Below, piece after piece: positions 9,203 through 19,470 of a stretch of 64,000 nt of DNA (positions are counted from its first letter, which is position 1; each line of letters begins with the position of its first letter). Under the pieces are notes generated by a model. The model was not told the DNA's origin and made no database searches. It saw nothing but the letters and a program-made list of their open reading frames with translations. Source of the DNA: Symploca sp. SIO1C2 (lineage in GTDB: Bacteria > Cyanobacteriota > Cyanobacteriia > Cyanobacteriales > Coleofasciculaceae); assembly GCA_010672925.1 (NCBI GenBank), contig JAAHFP010000026.1, forward strand, positions 1-64,000, read 5' to 3'. The position numbers and the translations under genes are program-made.

Positions 9203-9877
9203 ATGACAATCTCCTTAGATAAATTTAGCCAGACAACTGTCTTGCACCAGTGGCACGATGCAACTTGGCAAGATTATGTTGCACTGCGAGATAGTTCCGA
9301 TATTGATTGGCAGAAAATAGTATTTCATCAGGGACAGTTATGGGCTGATATGGGTAAAGAGGGACCAAACCACGCTTCTTTTAGCGACTTGATGACTGCC
9401 ATCTTTTTTGTGTGGGCATTTTTGCATCCTGATGTTGTGCTGCAATCCTATGGACGTTGCCTAATCGAAAAGCCTGAAACTCAAGCTTGTGCTCCAGATT
9501 TAGTATTGTACAAAGGTAAAGATATCCCCAAATGGTATCCTGGAGAACCGCGTCGGATTGACTTGAGACGTCATCGCCTACCGGATTTAGTGGGGGAAAT
9601 TGCAGATACAACCTTGAGTTTAGATCTTGACGAGCAAAAGAAACTGTACGCCAGTTTAGGAATTCAAGAATATTGGGTAATTGATGTCAAAGGGATGCGA
9701 CTGTTTGCCTTCAGCTTAACAGCAAGGGGATTGTATGAACCGATCCAAGTTTCACAGGTGTTGACAGGTTTACCCATTGCTCTTATTGAACAAACTCTGG
9801 AGCAGTTGACGACAGAAACGAATACGGCAGCAGCAAATTGGTTAATGCAGCAGTTACAAACCAGATTTTCAACATAG
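9203..9877 (+). CDS. Uma2-family (DUF820) PD-(D/E)xK endonuclease
   Basis: The sequence has the architecture common in cyanobacteria. It contains ...APDLVLY..., EIADTTLSLDLDEQKKLYASLGIQEYWVIDV, and the ExxK motif. Confidence 0.8.
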   Translation: MTISLDKFSQTTVLHQWHDATWQDYVALRDSSDIDWQKIVFHQGQLWADMGKEGPNHASFSDLMTAIFFVWAFLHPDVVLQSYGRCLIEKPETQACAPDLVLYKGKDIPKWYPGEPRRIDLRRHRLPDLVGEIADTTLSLDLDEQKKLYASLGIQEYWVIDVKGMRLFAFSLTARGLYEPIQVSQVLTGLPIALIEQTLEQLTTETNTAAANWLMQQLQTRFST

Positions 9878-10024
9878 GATTGATGAGATTTGCTTTGGAA
9901 GCTGAAGATGTGCATCAACCTCTTCAGTGTATGTAAGACTCACATCTTGCACCAGTACAAAAATACTGAATATCCTGACTGATAACAATCAATTTCAGTA
10001 CTGAAATCGTCAAATCTTATCACT

Positions 10025-10055
10025 GTTCCCTATTCCCTATTCCCTATTCCCTAAC
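10025..10055. repeat. STRR heptamer repeat (CCCTATT)n
   Basis: ttccctattccctattccctattccctaac is seen directly. Confidence 0.7.
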
Positions 10056-10315
10056 TTCACAGGTCAATGTTCAACTTGGTGCAAGATCTGAGTAAGAGAT
10101 ACAGTTTATTCAAATTTGCTAGACTGACAGATACGAGATTTAAGTAGGCGGGCATAAATCAACACCCACGGATAGGGCAGGTTTAGAAGGAGAGAAACAG
10201 TTTACTCTGTAAACATCCTAGCTAAATCCGCCCCTACCAATTTACGTTCGTTTTTTTTACACCTACCTACTAATCAGCCCACCCTCTATGTCCGACTAGC
10301 ACTAGGAAGCTATCC

Positions 10316-11788
10316 ATGCCGTCAAGTACTCTACTTCTTACCAAAGAATTACCTAACCTACAATATACATCCACAGTTGATCGCTTCGATGATACTTGGG
10401 CAGCACCTCTTTCCACCCTCCTGGGATTAGGCAGGGCAGCGGGGGCTGACTTCATTGAATTTTTCCTCGAACGAGTCAACTATATCAGCTGTTTAGCAGA
10501 AGATGATCTAATCACCAGTATTTCCCCCCGGCTTTCCACTGGTGCAGGAGTCCGGGTGTTTATTGGTAAAGCTGACTGCTATGTTAGCACCAATGACTTA
10601 TCCTTCAATGGACTCAAAGCAGCTTTAGAAAAAGCTCTCTCTATTCAAGGATTGCAATTACCTGCTCCCAATGCCTATATCCCAGAAATCAATTTGGAGT
10701 TACTGAGGGATTACGCCACCGCTAACGGTAAAGATGCTTGGCTCCCCGTTAGTAGTTCTATGGAAGAAATGGGAGAAGTTCTGCTGAATGCTAATGGTGC
10801 GCTTAACCGGAAAGCAACTCATGTACAAGCAAGACGGGCTATTTACTTCCGGGATTGGCAGGAAGTCTTGGTAGCTGCAAGTGATGGTACCTTTGCTAGG
10901 GATATTCGCTTAACCCAATCCGTAGGCTACAATCTACTATGTGCTGACGGAGCTAATCGTTCCTCCATTGGTCAGCGGGTTGGTAGCACTAGCGATCCTA
11001 GTTTTCTGCGAGTATGGGACTACGAATCTACCGCAGAAGAAGTGGCTACTTCTGCAGGTAAGATGCTTTATGCTGACTATGTTGACTCAGGCACTTACCC
11101 CATTATTATGGCTAATTCCTTCGGTGGGGTAATTTTCCATGAAGCCTGTGGACATTTGCTGGAAACTACCCAGATTGAAGGACAAACCACTCCTTTTGCT
11201 GATAAAAAAGGGGAAAAGATTGCCCACGAAAGCTTAACTGCTTGGGATGAAGGACGCTCCCAAAAAGCTTTTGGGACAATTGACATGGATGATGAGGGTA
11301 TGCCAGCTCAAAGAACCCTGTTAATTGAAAAAGGTATACTGAAGAACTTCCTCGCGGATCGTGCTGGTTCCCTACGCACGGGACACCCCAGAACCGGTAG
11401 TGGACGCCGCCAAAGTTATACCTTTGCAGCTGCTTCCCGGATGCGTAATACCTACATTGCTCCCGGGGACTACTCCAATGAAGACTTATTCGCCTCTGTT
11501 GATTACGGTATTTACTGTAAAAAGATGGGTGGTGGCAGTGTTGGTGCTACAGGTGAGTTCAACTTTGTTGCAGATGAGGCTTATCTGATTGAAAATGGCA
11601 AAATTACCAAACCCCTAAAGGGAGCCATGTTGATTGGAGAAGCTAAGGAAATTATGAATAAGATTTCCATGTGCTCCAGTGATTTAGGACTAGCCGCTGG
11701 TTTCTGTGGTTCTATTAGCGGCAGTGTCTATGTAACAGTAGGACAACCCCATATTAAAGTTGATTCGATTACTGTTGGTGGACGGTGA
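10316..11788 (+). CDS. tldD: TldD-family metallopeptidase
   Basis: 490 aa with the HEACGHLLE zinc-binding motif. It is followed by a pmbA/tldE paralogue. Confidence 0.85.
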   Translation: MPSSTLLLTKELPNLQYTSTVDRFDDTWAAPLSTLLGLGRAAGADFIEFFLERVNYISCLAEDDLITSISPRLSTGAGVRVFIGKADCYVSTNDLSFNGLKAALEKALSIQGLQLPAPNAYIPEINLELLRDYATANGKDAWLPVSSSMEEMGEVLLNANGALNRKATHVQARRAIYFRDWQEVLVAASDGTFARDIRLTQSVGYNLLCADGANRSSIGQRVGSTSDPSFLRVWDYESTAEEVATSAGKMLYADYVDSGTYPIIMANSFGGVIFHEACGHLLETTQIEGQTTPFADKKGEKIAHESLTAWDEGRSQKAFGTIDMDDEGMPAQRTLLIEKGILKNFLADRAGSLRTGHPRTGSGRRQSYTFAAASRMRNTYIAPGDYSNEDLFASVDYGIYCKKMGGGSVGATGEFNFVADEAYLIENGKITKPLKGAMLIGEAKEIMNKISMCSSDLGLAAGFCGSISGSVYVTVGQPHIKVDSITVGGR

Positions 11789-11789
11789 T

Positions 11790-11940
11790 TTTTAGAGACA
11801 AGGGAGACAAGGGAGACAAGGGAGACAAGAGGGACAAGGGGGACAAGAGGGACAAAGAAGTTTCAATTATCCATTCCCAATTCCCAATTCCCAATTCCCA
11901 ATTCCCCAACAACAAACAACCAACAACCAACAACAAATAA
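11790..11940. repeat. Compound STRR cluster: (GGAGACAAG)n-like, (CCAATTC)n, (CAACAAA)n
   Basis: gacaagggagacaagggagacaagggagacaagagggacaag ... ccattcccaattcccaattcccaattcccaattcc ... caacaaccaacaacaaataacaaataacaaatg. Confidence 0.8.
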
Positions 11941-11950
11941 CAAATAACAA

Positions 11951-13291
11951 ATGACAAAAATCAAAGAACTGGCAACTAGTGCAGAAGAAATTGCTAAGAA
12001 ACTAGGGATCAAAAAATTCGATATTTATGGCTCGTCCATTGACGAAACCAGTGCTCAAGTGGATCAAGGAGAGCCAAAACAGGTTAAAGCTTCTAATCGC
12101 TCTAGTGTAACGGTTCGGGTTTGGAATGATCACCAGACAGTAGGAGTTACTTCTACTACAGATACAGACCCCATAGGGATTGAGCTAGCCTTAAAAACTG
12201 CTTACGAAGCCAGTAGTTTTGGTGTTACTGAACATGCACCGGATTTTAGTCCGGAGGCAACCACTTCTATCCCAGAAGTATCTCAAGAACAAGTTACCCA
12301 AGCGCCGGTAGCTCAGCTATTGGAAACCCTCCTAGGAGCAGAAAAGCAGCTGATAGAAGCTCATCCAGCAATTACGGGTGTACCTTACAACGGGTTATCC
12401 CAAAGAGATATTGAGCGGTTTTATCTTAACAGTGAAGGTGCACTCCGCCATGAAGCTCGTTCCTACGCTTCCATGTATCTCTACACCAAAACAGAACAGG
12501 AAGGGAAAAAACCCCGTAGTGCTGGTTCTTTTAAAATGCACCGGGGACTGGAACAGCTGGATATTAAAGGTTGTCTCCAGGAAGCAACGGAGAAAACCAT
12601 TAGCCACTTAAACTACGAAAAAGTAAAGACCGGTAAATATCTAGTAGTGTTCTCCGCCGAAGCTTTCTTGAGCTTGTTAAATGCTTTTTCTAACTTATTC
12701 AATGCTCAGAGTATTTTAGATAAACAAAGTCTTTCTACCCCTGAGTCCCTGGGAACCAAAATTGCTTCTCCTCTGTTGTCTGTTTGTGACGATGGACTAC
12801 ATCCAGAGAATATCGCTGCCAGCTATTTTGATGGAGAAGGAACACCTACCCGTCGTGTTTCCCTAATTACCGAGGGAGTTCTAACTAGCTTCCTCCACAG
12901 TGCAGGTACTGCCAAAAGGCTGAATGCTCAACCTACAGGCCATGCCAATCTTGGTGCTAAGGTAACTGTTAGTGCAGACTTTTATCATGTTTTTCCTGGG
13001 GCTCCTGCGGAACAAGAGTATAGTCTGGATACTGCGGAAAATGTGATTTTGATTGATGACCTTCACGCTCTCCATGCAGGAGTTAGTTCCTTAGAAGGCT
13101 CTTTTTCTTTACCTATTGATGGTTGGGTGGTGAACAAAGGCAAGAAAACTAGTATTGATTCGGCTACTGTAGCTGGGGACTTTCGAGAACTTCTCCAATC
13201 AATTGTGTTTGTCGAAAAAGAGGCAGAACTTACTCCCGGTGGCGTATGTCCGAGAATTTGGGTGGACGGGCTGTCGATTACAGGAGAGTGA
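11951..13291 (+). CDS. pmbA: PmbA/TldE-family protein (TldD partner, lacks HExxxH)
   Basis: 446 aa, paralogous to the upstream TldD fold, with no zinc motif. The tldD-pmbA gene order is conserved. Confidence 0.8.
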   Translation: MTKIKELATSAEEIAKKLGIKKFDIYGSSIDETSAQVDQGEPKQVKASNRSSVTVRVWNDHQTVGVTSTTDTDPIGIELALKTAYEASSFGVTEHAPDFSPEATTSIPEVSQEQVTQAPVAQLLETLLGAEKQLIEAHPAITGVPYNGLSQRDIERFYLNSEGALRHEARSYASMYLYTKTEQEGKKPRSAGSFKMHRGLEQLDIKGCLQEATEKTISHLNYEKVKTGKYLVVFSAEAFLSLLNAFSNLFNAQSILDKQSLSTPESLGTKIASPLLSVCDDGLHPENIAASYFDGEGTPTRRVSLITEGVLTSFLHSAGTAKRLNAQPTGHANLGAKVTVSADFYHVFPGAPAEQEYSLDTAENVILIDDLHALHAGVSSLEGSFSLPIDGWVVNKGKKTSIDSATVAGDFRELLQSIVFVEKEAELTPGGVCPRIWVDGLSITGE

Positions 13292-13293
13292 TA

Positions 13294-13497
13294 TTACAGA
13301 CGCGGGGACGCGGGGACGCGGGGACACGGAGACGCGGAGAGGTTAATTTTCAGGCATGGCGGTGAAAAAAAAATTTGCTCATCGGGACTGCCTCCTGCCT
13401 TCTGCCTTCCGCCTCCTGCCTCCTGCCTCCTGCTTCCTGCCTCCTGCCTCCTGCCTCCTGCCTCCTGCCTCCTGCCTCCTAATCTAAGCGATCGCAA
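13294..13497. repeat. STRR cluster (GACGCGGG)n and (CCTCCTG/CCTTCTG)n
   Basis: gacgcggggacgcggggacgcggggacacggagacgcgg is seen, then cctcctgccttctgccttccgcctcctgcctcctg... for about 100 bp. The listed 67-aa ORF here is a repeat artefact. Confidence 0.8.
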
Positions 13498-14116
13498 TTT
13501 GACTCAGACGTTTGAAGATACGCAAAACAGGATATAACTCATTTTCCCCTGGATTGCGTGTGATAAAAACCTTAGATGTAGCATATTGTGGTCTTTCTCC
13601 CTTGACTAATTTGAGGAACATAAAACTTCCTCCCGTAGTAATCAAGCCGTAACTCGGTTGTTTGGTATTGGGATTGGCCAACATATAAACTAGAATTTGG
13701 GCTAATCCTTCCTCAATCGAGAAAGCGGCTTTTTTAGATTCAATGATCATCACCCACAAGTAGTTGTGCAAAACTAAAGTATCAATTCGACCCTTAATAA
13801 GAACACCATCATCTTCTTCAACCAAATCGATGGATTTTTCTGATTTAACATGAAAGGGTGCTAGATAAAAGCCGCCGATAAAGAGAATAGGGTCAACTAC
13901 AGCCATTCTGACGACATCTTCAAGCATGGGAGGATATTCTAGTAAGTTAAAATATCCTTCTCTGACTTGATCTAACAATTGTTTTTGTATATCTGTAATT
14001 TCTGGAAGATTCTCTTGCCACTCTTGGAAAAATTGCCCTTCCCGAACGAACTCAAGACCAAAATGGTCGATTAAATAGCGCAGATCTATTTCGTTAGCTT
14101 GAATGGTTTGAACCAT
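13484..14116 (-). CDS. Conserved hypothetical protein with a probable PD-(D/E)xK nuclease fold
   Basis: 210 aa. GRIDTLVLHNYLWVMIIESKK gives a D...E-S-K arrangement typical of restriction-endonuclease-like folds. The ORF looks well formed. Confidence 0.5.
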   Translation of the reverse strand: MVQTIQANEIDLRYLIDHFGLEFVREGQFFQEWQENLPEITDIQKQLLDQVREGYFNLLEYPPMLEDVVRMAVVDPILFIGGFYLAPFHVKSEKSIDLVEEDDGVLIKGRIDTLVLHNYLWVMIIESKKAAFSIEEGLAQILVYMLANPNTKQPSYGLITTGGSFMFLKLVKGERPQYATSKVFITRNPGENELYPVLRIFKRLSQIAIA

Positions 14117-14433
14117 AATTAGGGTTGCGGAGAATAAGTAATAAGCAGTAGTAGGACTTCAGTCCAAAAAGAAGTCATAAATTAGTTATATCCAAGGATT
14201 CAGCCATCCATTTTCTTTTTTAGTTTCAGCAGGAATAACAAGTAACAAGTAACAAGTGATGAAGAATTTATCCTAATTTTGAGCACTTTAGTGGCTGTTG
14301 GCGAGCAATTCAGACCTCCAGACGTTGCTTACAAGTTTGTCAAGAATTGTTTCAAAGACTTGCTGAACTCCTATAATATCAATATTCTTTGCCCAGAAAT
14401 AGCAAAATCTTAATTAAGAGCTAAAAGACACTT

Positions 14434-15138
14434 ATGGTACCAATAGGGGATGAAAACCCAACACAAATTACTCCAGTTGTTACTTATATTCTGATTATTG
14501 TCAATATTTTAATTTTTATCTATGAATTAACTTTACCAGCACCTCAATTAGATCAGTTTTTTCAGCTGTTTGCAGTGGTGCCTAAGGAACTAACTGCCGA
14601 TTTTTCTGGCACTGTCGTGAATCAGCCAGTACCGGAACCTCTGACCTTAATTACTTCACAGTTTTTGCATGGTGGGTTTGCCCATGTTGGTTTCAATATG
14701 TTGTATTTGTGGATTTTTGGCAACAATATTGAAGAAGAATTGGGTCACTTAAAGTTTTTGATTTTTTATCTTGGTTGTGGGATACTAGCAGCTTTGACTC
14801 AATGGATTTTCTCTGTACAATCTCCTATTCCTACTTTAGGTGCAAGTGGCGCGATCGCGGGAGTTATGGGAGCTTATATTCTCAAGTTTCCTCAAGCTAG
14901 AATTATCACCTTAATTCCTCTGGGCTTCTTATTTTTCACGTTGAGAATACCAGCATTGTTTTTCCTCGGTTTTTGGTTTGTTCAGCAAGCATTCAATGGG
15001 GTAGCTTCCTTAAGTCCCGCTGCTGGTAATGCAATGGAAGGTGGTGTTGCTTACTGGGCTCATGCTGGTGGCTTTGTATTTGGTGCTATCCTCGGTCCCC
15101 TGCTAGGATTATTTTCTGATAGGTTTAGGGGAATGTAG
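14434..15138 (+). CDS. Rhomboid-family intramembrane serine protease
   Basis: Six to seven TM helices, the GASGAIAG catalytic-serine motif, and a downstream HAGG histidine motif. Confidence 0.8.
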   Translation: MVPIGDENPTQITPVVTYILIIVNILIFIYELTLPAPQLDQFFQLFAVVPKELTADFSGTVVNQPVPEPLTLITSQFLHGGFAHVGFNMLYLWIFGNNIEEELGHLKFLIFYLGCGILAALTQWIFSVQSPIPTLGASGAIAGVMGAYILKFPQARIITLIPLGFLFFTLRIPALFFLGFWFVQQAFNGVASLSPAAGNAMEGGVAYWAHAGGFVFGAILGPLLGLFSDRFRGM

Positions 15139-15153
15139 GAAGGAAAGTTTGGA

Positions 15154-16362
15154 GTGACTAAACAGCAAAAGCCAGATTCAAATATCCGTTCAAAAGACTT
15201 TGCATGGCCTTTCTGGCCTGCTGTACCTCTCTATCCCTACGGCAGACGGCGAACTCTCCGCCAAGAAGTAGTTAAAGATACCATCTGGACTTTTGACCAA
15301 CTACAAGGTATTTTCTACGTTATCGTGCCGATCCGTATGACTGTCATTAAGCTCGAAGCTGGGGGATTGTTAGTTTATGCACCAGTTGCACCAACCCCTG
15401 AATGTCTAAGACTTGTCAGAGAATTAGAAGCAGAGCACGGTAATGTCGAGTATATTATTTTACCAACAATCTCTGGCATTGAGCACAAGGTCTTCGTCGG
15501 CCCTTTTGCCAGACATTTCCCCCAAGCACAAGTCTTGGTCGCTCCTAATCAGTGGAGTTTTCCTTTAAATCTGCCTCTGAGTTGGCTCGGTTTCCCTAGG
15601 GGACGCACTCAAATACTTCCAGAGGATAGCACCAAAGTTCCCTTTGCCGACCAGTTTGACTATAGGATAATCGGTCCGATTGATCTCGGAGTAGGAACAT
15701 TTGAAGAAGTGGTCTTGTTCCACAAGCGATCGCGTACACTGCTAGTAACGGATTCTGTGGTTTCCATACCGGATCAGCCGCCTGCAATTTTGCAACTAGA
15801 GCCTTACCCTTTACTATTCCACGCTAGAGAAAATGGCTTTGATATCCTTGAAAACAGTGAAGCAAATCGCCGCAAAGGGTGGCAGCGCATTTCCCTATTT
15901 GCCTTCTACTTCCGACCGAGGGTGCTGGAAACTATAGGATGGGGACAGGTAATACGTGATTCTTTCCAAGCACCAGACCGGTCAAAAAAAGCATATTTTG
16001 GTTTATTTCCCTTCAAATGGCAAAAAAACTGGCAACAGTCATTTGAGGCACTACGGGGAAAGGGACGTTTGTTGGTTGCCCCGGTTCTACAATCCCTCAT
16101 TCTCAATCGAGCACCCAGAGAAACCATCGATTGGGCAGACAAAGTAGCTAATTGGGATTTCCAGCGAATTGTCCCCTGCCACTTCGACTCGCCAATTGAT
16201 ACCAGTCCACAAGAGTTTAGGCAGGCGTTCAGCTTTTTGGAAAAGTCCCCTGCAGAAGGCAGAAGTCCAGCTTTACCCGAAGAAGACTTTGAACTGCTTA
16301 GGGCAATTGACAAGAGTCTCAAGAAAAGTCGTCTTGTACCACCAGCTAAGGAGAAGGTTTAG
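15154..16362 (+). CDS. DUF4336-family protein (conserved in cyanobacteria and plastids)
   Basis: 402 aa. Family-level resemblance only (WPFWP...TIWTFDQ...VYAPV...ILPT). There is no catalytic motif I can name. Confidence 0.5.
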   Translation: MTKQQKPDSNIRSKDFAWPFWPAVPLYPYGRRRTLRQEVVKDTIWTFDQLQGIFYVIVPIRMTVIKLEAGGLLVYAPVAPTPECLRLVRELEAEHGNVEYIILPTISGIEHKVFVGPFARHFPQAQVLVAPNQWSFPLNLPLSWLGFPRGRTQILPEDSTKVPFADQFDYRIIGPIDLGVGTFEEVVLFHKRSRTLLVTDSVVSIPDQPPAILQLEPYPLLFHARENGFDILENSEANRRKGWQRISLFAFYFRPRVLETIGWGQVIRDSFQAPDRSKKAYFGLFPFKWQKNWQQSFEALRGKGRLLVAPVLQSLILNRAPRETIDWADKVANWDFQRIVPCHFDSPIDTSPQEFRQAFSFLEKSPAEGRSPALPEEDFELLRAIDKSLKKSRLVPPAKEKV

Positions 16363-16487
16363 TTAGGTGTTAGGTGACAAGCAATGGTGACAATTTAAGC
16401 GAGCGCGTATTTTGTCAACTCCCATATATAGCGGAAAGGATACTAACAAAACTCTATATGTGGAAATAACCAAGGAGTCGGAAAAAT

Positions 16488-16690
16488 TGTATTCTTCTTC
16501 CTCAGCTCCCCCAGCTCTCCCAGCTTCCCCAGCTCCTCCGCTCCCTTGACAACGACATCTTTTCCTTAACTTGTCACCCAAGGGTGACAAGTTATATCAA
16601 GTTCGGATAATCACTTATAATTACTTTTTACTTTGCAACCTTCTTCCTTCCCTTCTGCCTTCTGCCCTCTGCCCTCTGCCTTTTGCTGTA
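16488..16690. repeat. STRR cluster (CCCCAGCT-like and CCTTCTG/CCCTCTG heptamers) with a GTGACAA inverted repeat
   Basis: cagctcccccagctctcccagcttccccagctcctcc ... cttgtcacccaagggtgacaagtt ... ccttctgccttctgccctctgccctctgcc. Confidence 0.7.
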
Positions 16691-17080
16691 GCATAAATTT
16701 ACCTAAATATGTGGCAAGTTATTTACCCAAATGATACAATAGGTATCTCTCAGGGATATTGCATTGGTCAAAAAAATTGTTTGCACGCTAATTAAAGACT
16801 GCCATTATGAGAATTTTCTCATCAAAAACTCATATATGGCTTATATACTATGGACAGTCTTGAGATAGGAACATTCCTTGTGCGGCTTACGTCAAGTGAC
16901 AGTTAAGAAAATATCTGCGATTGCTTTTTGGCTCTGTCTAGTTCATTTAGTTTAACTAGCAAAGCAGTGAGCATAGTTAAATTTACTCAGTCAGGGTGCT
17001 CAACTTTCACTCAATAGTTAATGTTGAAAATTTAACTCACATAAATTTCAACACTTAAGTTATATCTTCGGTAAATCTAA

Positions 17081-18139
17081 ATGAGCACCGTTACTTTAAA
17101 TCAATATAAATCTACCCAAGCAGTCAACCCTCTTTCTTTATTAGCACAATTATCTAGTCGGCAAACTAACGGCTGTTTAAAACTATCTAATGATTCAGTT
17201 GTTTGGTCAATCTATTTAGAACAAGGAAAGCTAATTTACGCTTCCAATTCTGTTGAACCTTTTGCTAGGCTCGACAATCATCTGCGTCGTCTCAGCCGTG
17301 AGATTCCTACCCTTGTAAGTCAAGTCAGAGTTCAGGTTCGTCTGCTCTTTGAATCACAGTGGAAGAATAACCCTAGTCAAATTGCGGATTACCAGGCAAT
17401 TTCCTGGCTAGTCGAGCAACAATATCTCAGCTTTACTCAAGCCGCAGCTCTTATCGAGACCCTAGCGGAAGAAGTAATGGAATCACTTTTGGAGGTTAAA
17501 GAAGGAACTTACTACCTAGTTGACCAAGACCAATTAGAGGAATTTACTAAATTTTGTAGACTTGATCTACGAACTATAGTTGAGCACTGTTACGAAAACC
17601 TGCGGCAGAAAAAGTCTATACAGGCAAAAAATGAAACTGCCCCTGCGACTAGTCAGACATCTGTAGCAAAAACTCAGTCGCAACCTCAACAGCAAACACA
17701 ACTTAAAACAAATGATACTGAACCAAGTAAGGTTATCAGTATGGAGGGCTATCACAAAAAAAATCCTTCTACGAAGACTTATAAGATTGTTTGTATTGAT
17801 GATAGCCCAACTGTCTTAAATTCTATTAACCTATTCTTAGATGATCAAGGCTTTTCAGTAGTCATGATTAATGACCCAGTGAAAGCTCTCATGCAAATCG
17901 TCCGGATTAAGCCTGATCTAATTTTGCTAGATGTTGGTATGCCTGAATTAGATGGCTATGAATTATGCTCTCTCTTGCGCAAGCATAAGCTGTTCAAGAC
18001 GACTCCCATCATCATGGTAACGGGACATACTGGTTTTATCGACCGAGCTAAAGCCAAATTAGTTAGGGCATCTGGCTATTTAACCAAACCATTTAACCAA
18101 TCTGAGTTACTCAAGATTGTGTTTAAGCATTTATCTTAA
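17081..18139 (+). CDS. PatA-type response regulator (N-terminal PATAN domain, C-terminal CheY-like receiver)
   Basis: C-terminal receiver: IVCIDDSPTVL...LILLDVGMPELDGYELCSLLR...YLTKPF. The N-terminal ~230 aa resemble the PATAN domain of Anabaena PatA. A ~700-bp upstream leader is consistent with patA-like genes. Confidence 0.75.
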   Translation: MSTVTLNQYKSTQAVNPLSLLAQLSSRQTNGCLKLSNDSVVWSIYLEQGKLIYASNSVEPFARLDNHLRRLSREIPTLVSQVRVQVRLLFESQWKNNPSQIADYQAISWLVEQQYLSFTQAAALIETLAEEVMESLLEVKEGTYYLVDQDQLEEFTKFCRLDLRTIVEHCYENLRQKKSIQAKNETAPATSQTSVAKTQSQPQQQTQLKTNDTEPSKVISMEGYHKKNPSTKTYKIVCIDDSPTVLNSINLFLDDQGFSVVMINDPVKALMQIVRIKPDLILLDVGMPELDGYELCSLLRKHKLFKTTPIIMVTGHTGFIDRAKAKLVRASGYLTKPFNQSELLKIVFKHLS

Positions 18140-18410
18140 GTGTTGTTTGTTGGTTGTTTGGGAATTGGGAATGGAGAATGGAGAATGGAGAATGGAGAAT
18201 GGAGAATTGCTGAGTGTACATATCTTCCTTGTCTCCCTTGTTTCCCTTGTGAGGGGTGAGGTGAAATTTTTGGTGGGATTTCTTTAACTTTGTATTCAAA
18301 AATTATCAGTTCTCTCTTCTTCCCCAACTCCTCCGCTCCTCCGCTCCTCCGCTCCTCTGCTCCCCCAGCTCCCTCAGCTCCCTCAGCTCCCTCAGCTCTC
18401 CCTTCCCTCA
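18140..18410. repeat. STRR cluster (GGAGAAT)n, (CTCCGCT)n, (CAGCTCC)n
   Basis: gggaatggagaatggagaatggagaatggagaatt ... ctcctccgctcctccgctcctccgctcctctgctcc ... cagctccctcagctccctcagctccctcagct. Confidence 0.8.
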
Positions 18411-18884
18411 CTCCTTAAGCCACTGACTAAAGGGATGTTGAACCAAATTGGCATTGAAATATCTCGGATCATCAGATACTTCCTTGCCAATCCACGCTGG
18501 AAGTTCAATGATTTGGTTTTCTTCAGTGAGCTCAACTTCTGCAACAACCAATCCTTGGTTTTCCCCCGCAAACTCGTCTACTTCCCAAATTAAGCCAGCG
18601 TGCTCGATTTTATACCGGGTTTTTTCAATTAGGGGACTTTGACATAAATTATCTAACATTTCTTGGGCATCGGTGGCGGATATAGGGTACTCATACTCTG
18701 TTCGGGAAATACCCACCGTTGAACCTTTGATGGTGAGGTATCCTTGCTTCCCTACTAGGCGTACCCTGACGGTGATGCCTTTTTTTGTAGCAATGTAACC
18801 TTGGCGATATACAATACCAGTAGCCAGTCTGCGCCACTGGTCATTTTTAACGGTAAATTTGCGCTCGATCTCAGTTGCCATCAT
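18408..18884 (-). CDS. CYTH-domain protein (triphosphate tunnel metalloenzyme / class IV adenylate cyclase-like)
   Basis: The protein MMATEIERKF..., with an EIERKF start, is the CYTH hallmark. A later EVELTEE acidic patch follows. The start was moved to the ATGATG at 18884-18879, inside the longer ORF. Confidence 0.7.
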   Translation of the reverse strand: MMATEIERKFTVKNDQWRRLATGIVYRQGYIATKKGITVRVRLVGKQGYLTIKGSTVGISRTEYEYPISATDAQEMLDNLCQSPLIEKTRYKIEHAGLIWEVDEFAGENQGLVVAEVELTEENQIIELPAWIGKEVSDDPRYFNANLVQHPFSQWLKE

Positions 18885-19001
18885 GACTCCTCCTGCTGCA
18901 ACAATACCAAATCTGCCTCCATAACCTCTTTTCCTTTTATTTTCCACTTTGCGAACTCTGTAACTGGTGTAGTTCGTGAAAAAAACGCTGTTTATCAGGA
19001 G

Positions 19002-19292
19002 ATGTTGACGATGCAAACTCAGGATAGCTCAACTGAAGTTACTTTCCACTATATCGATGGGAAAGCCGAATCCTTTGATATTCCTGTAACTCCAGAAGCC
19101 TTTGCTACCCAATTGCAAGACCTGCTCAAACAACCGATGTTAACCCTACATCTGTTCGACAAAACTGTTTTCATTTGTACTACCCAGATTATTAAAGTAG
19201 AAGTAAAACCTCCCGTTACAGAAGTCCAAGGACAAGGTATTTTTGATAATGTGCAGTTGGTAACAGCACTCAGTCACGGAAGCCCTGTTTAG
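19002..19292 (+). CDS. Small hypothetical protein (96 aa)
   Basis: ATG at 19002 (MLTMQTQDSSTEVTFHYIDGK...). Non-repetitive and coding-like. No recognisable domain. Confidence 0.35.
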   Translation: MLTMQTQDSSTEVTFHYIDGKAESFDIPVTPEAFATQLQDLLKQPMLTLHLFDKTVFICTTQIIKVEVKPPVTEVQGQGIFDNVQLVTALSHGSPV

Positions 19293-19329
19293 TATCAAAT
19301 TAGGGTAAGTTAAGCTGGGGAGATAGGGA

Positions 19330-19470
19330 GATGAGGGAAACAAAGAAGATATTGAGCCTCACCAATTCTCCATTCCCAATTCCCGATTCCCAATTCCCTT
19401 TGCGGAGCATGGTGAGCAAAGCGAGGCAAAACAACAAATGACAAACAACAAATAACAAACAACACCTATT
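19330..19470. repeat. STRR cluster (CCAATTC)n and (ACAAACA)n
   Basis: ccattcccaattcccgattcccaattccc ... caacaaatgacaaacaacaaataacaaacaacacc. Confidence 0.7.

Noticed and set aside
11790-11940. Possibility that the short tandem repeat clusters are CRISPR arrays
   Set aside because: Units are 7-9 nt with no unique spacers. CRISPR repeats are 24-48 nt separated by spacers of similar length. These are STRRs.
13294-13497. 67-aa [24 protein letters not shown]...
   Set aside because: Translation of the (CCTCCTG)n STRR. The sequence is low-complexity and has no start context.
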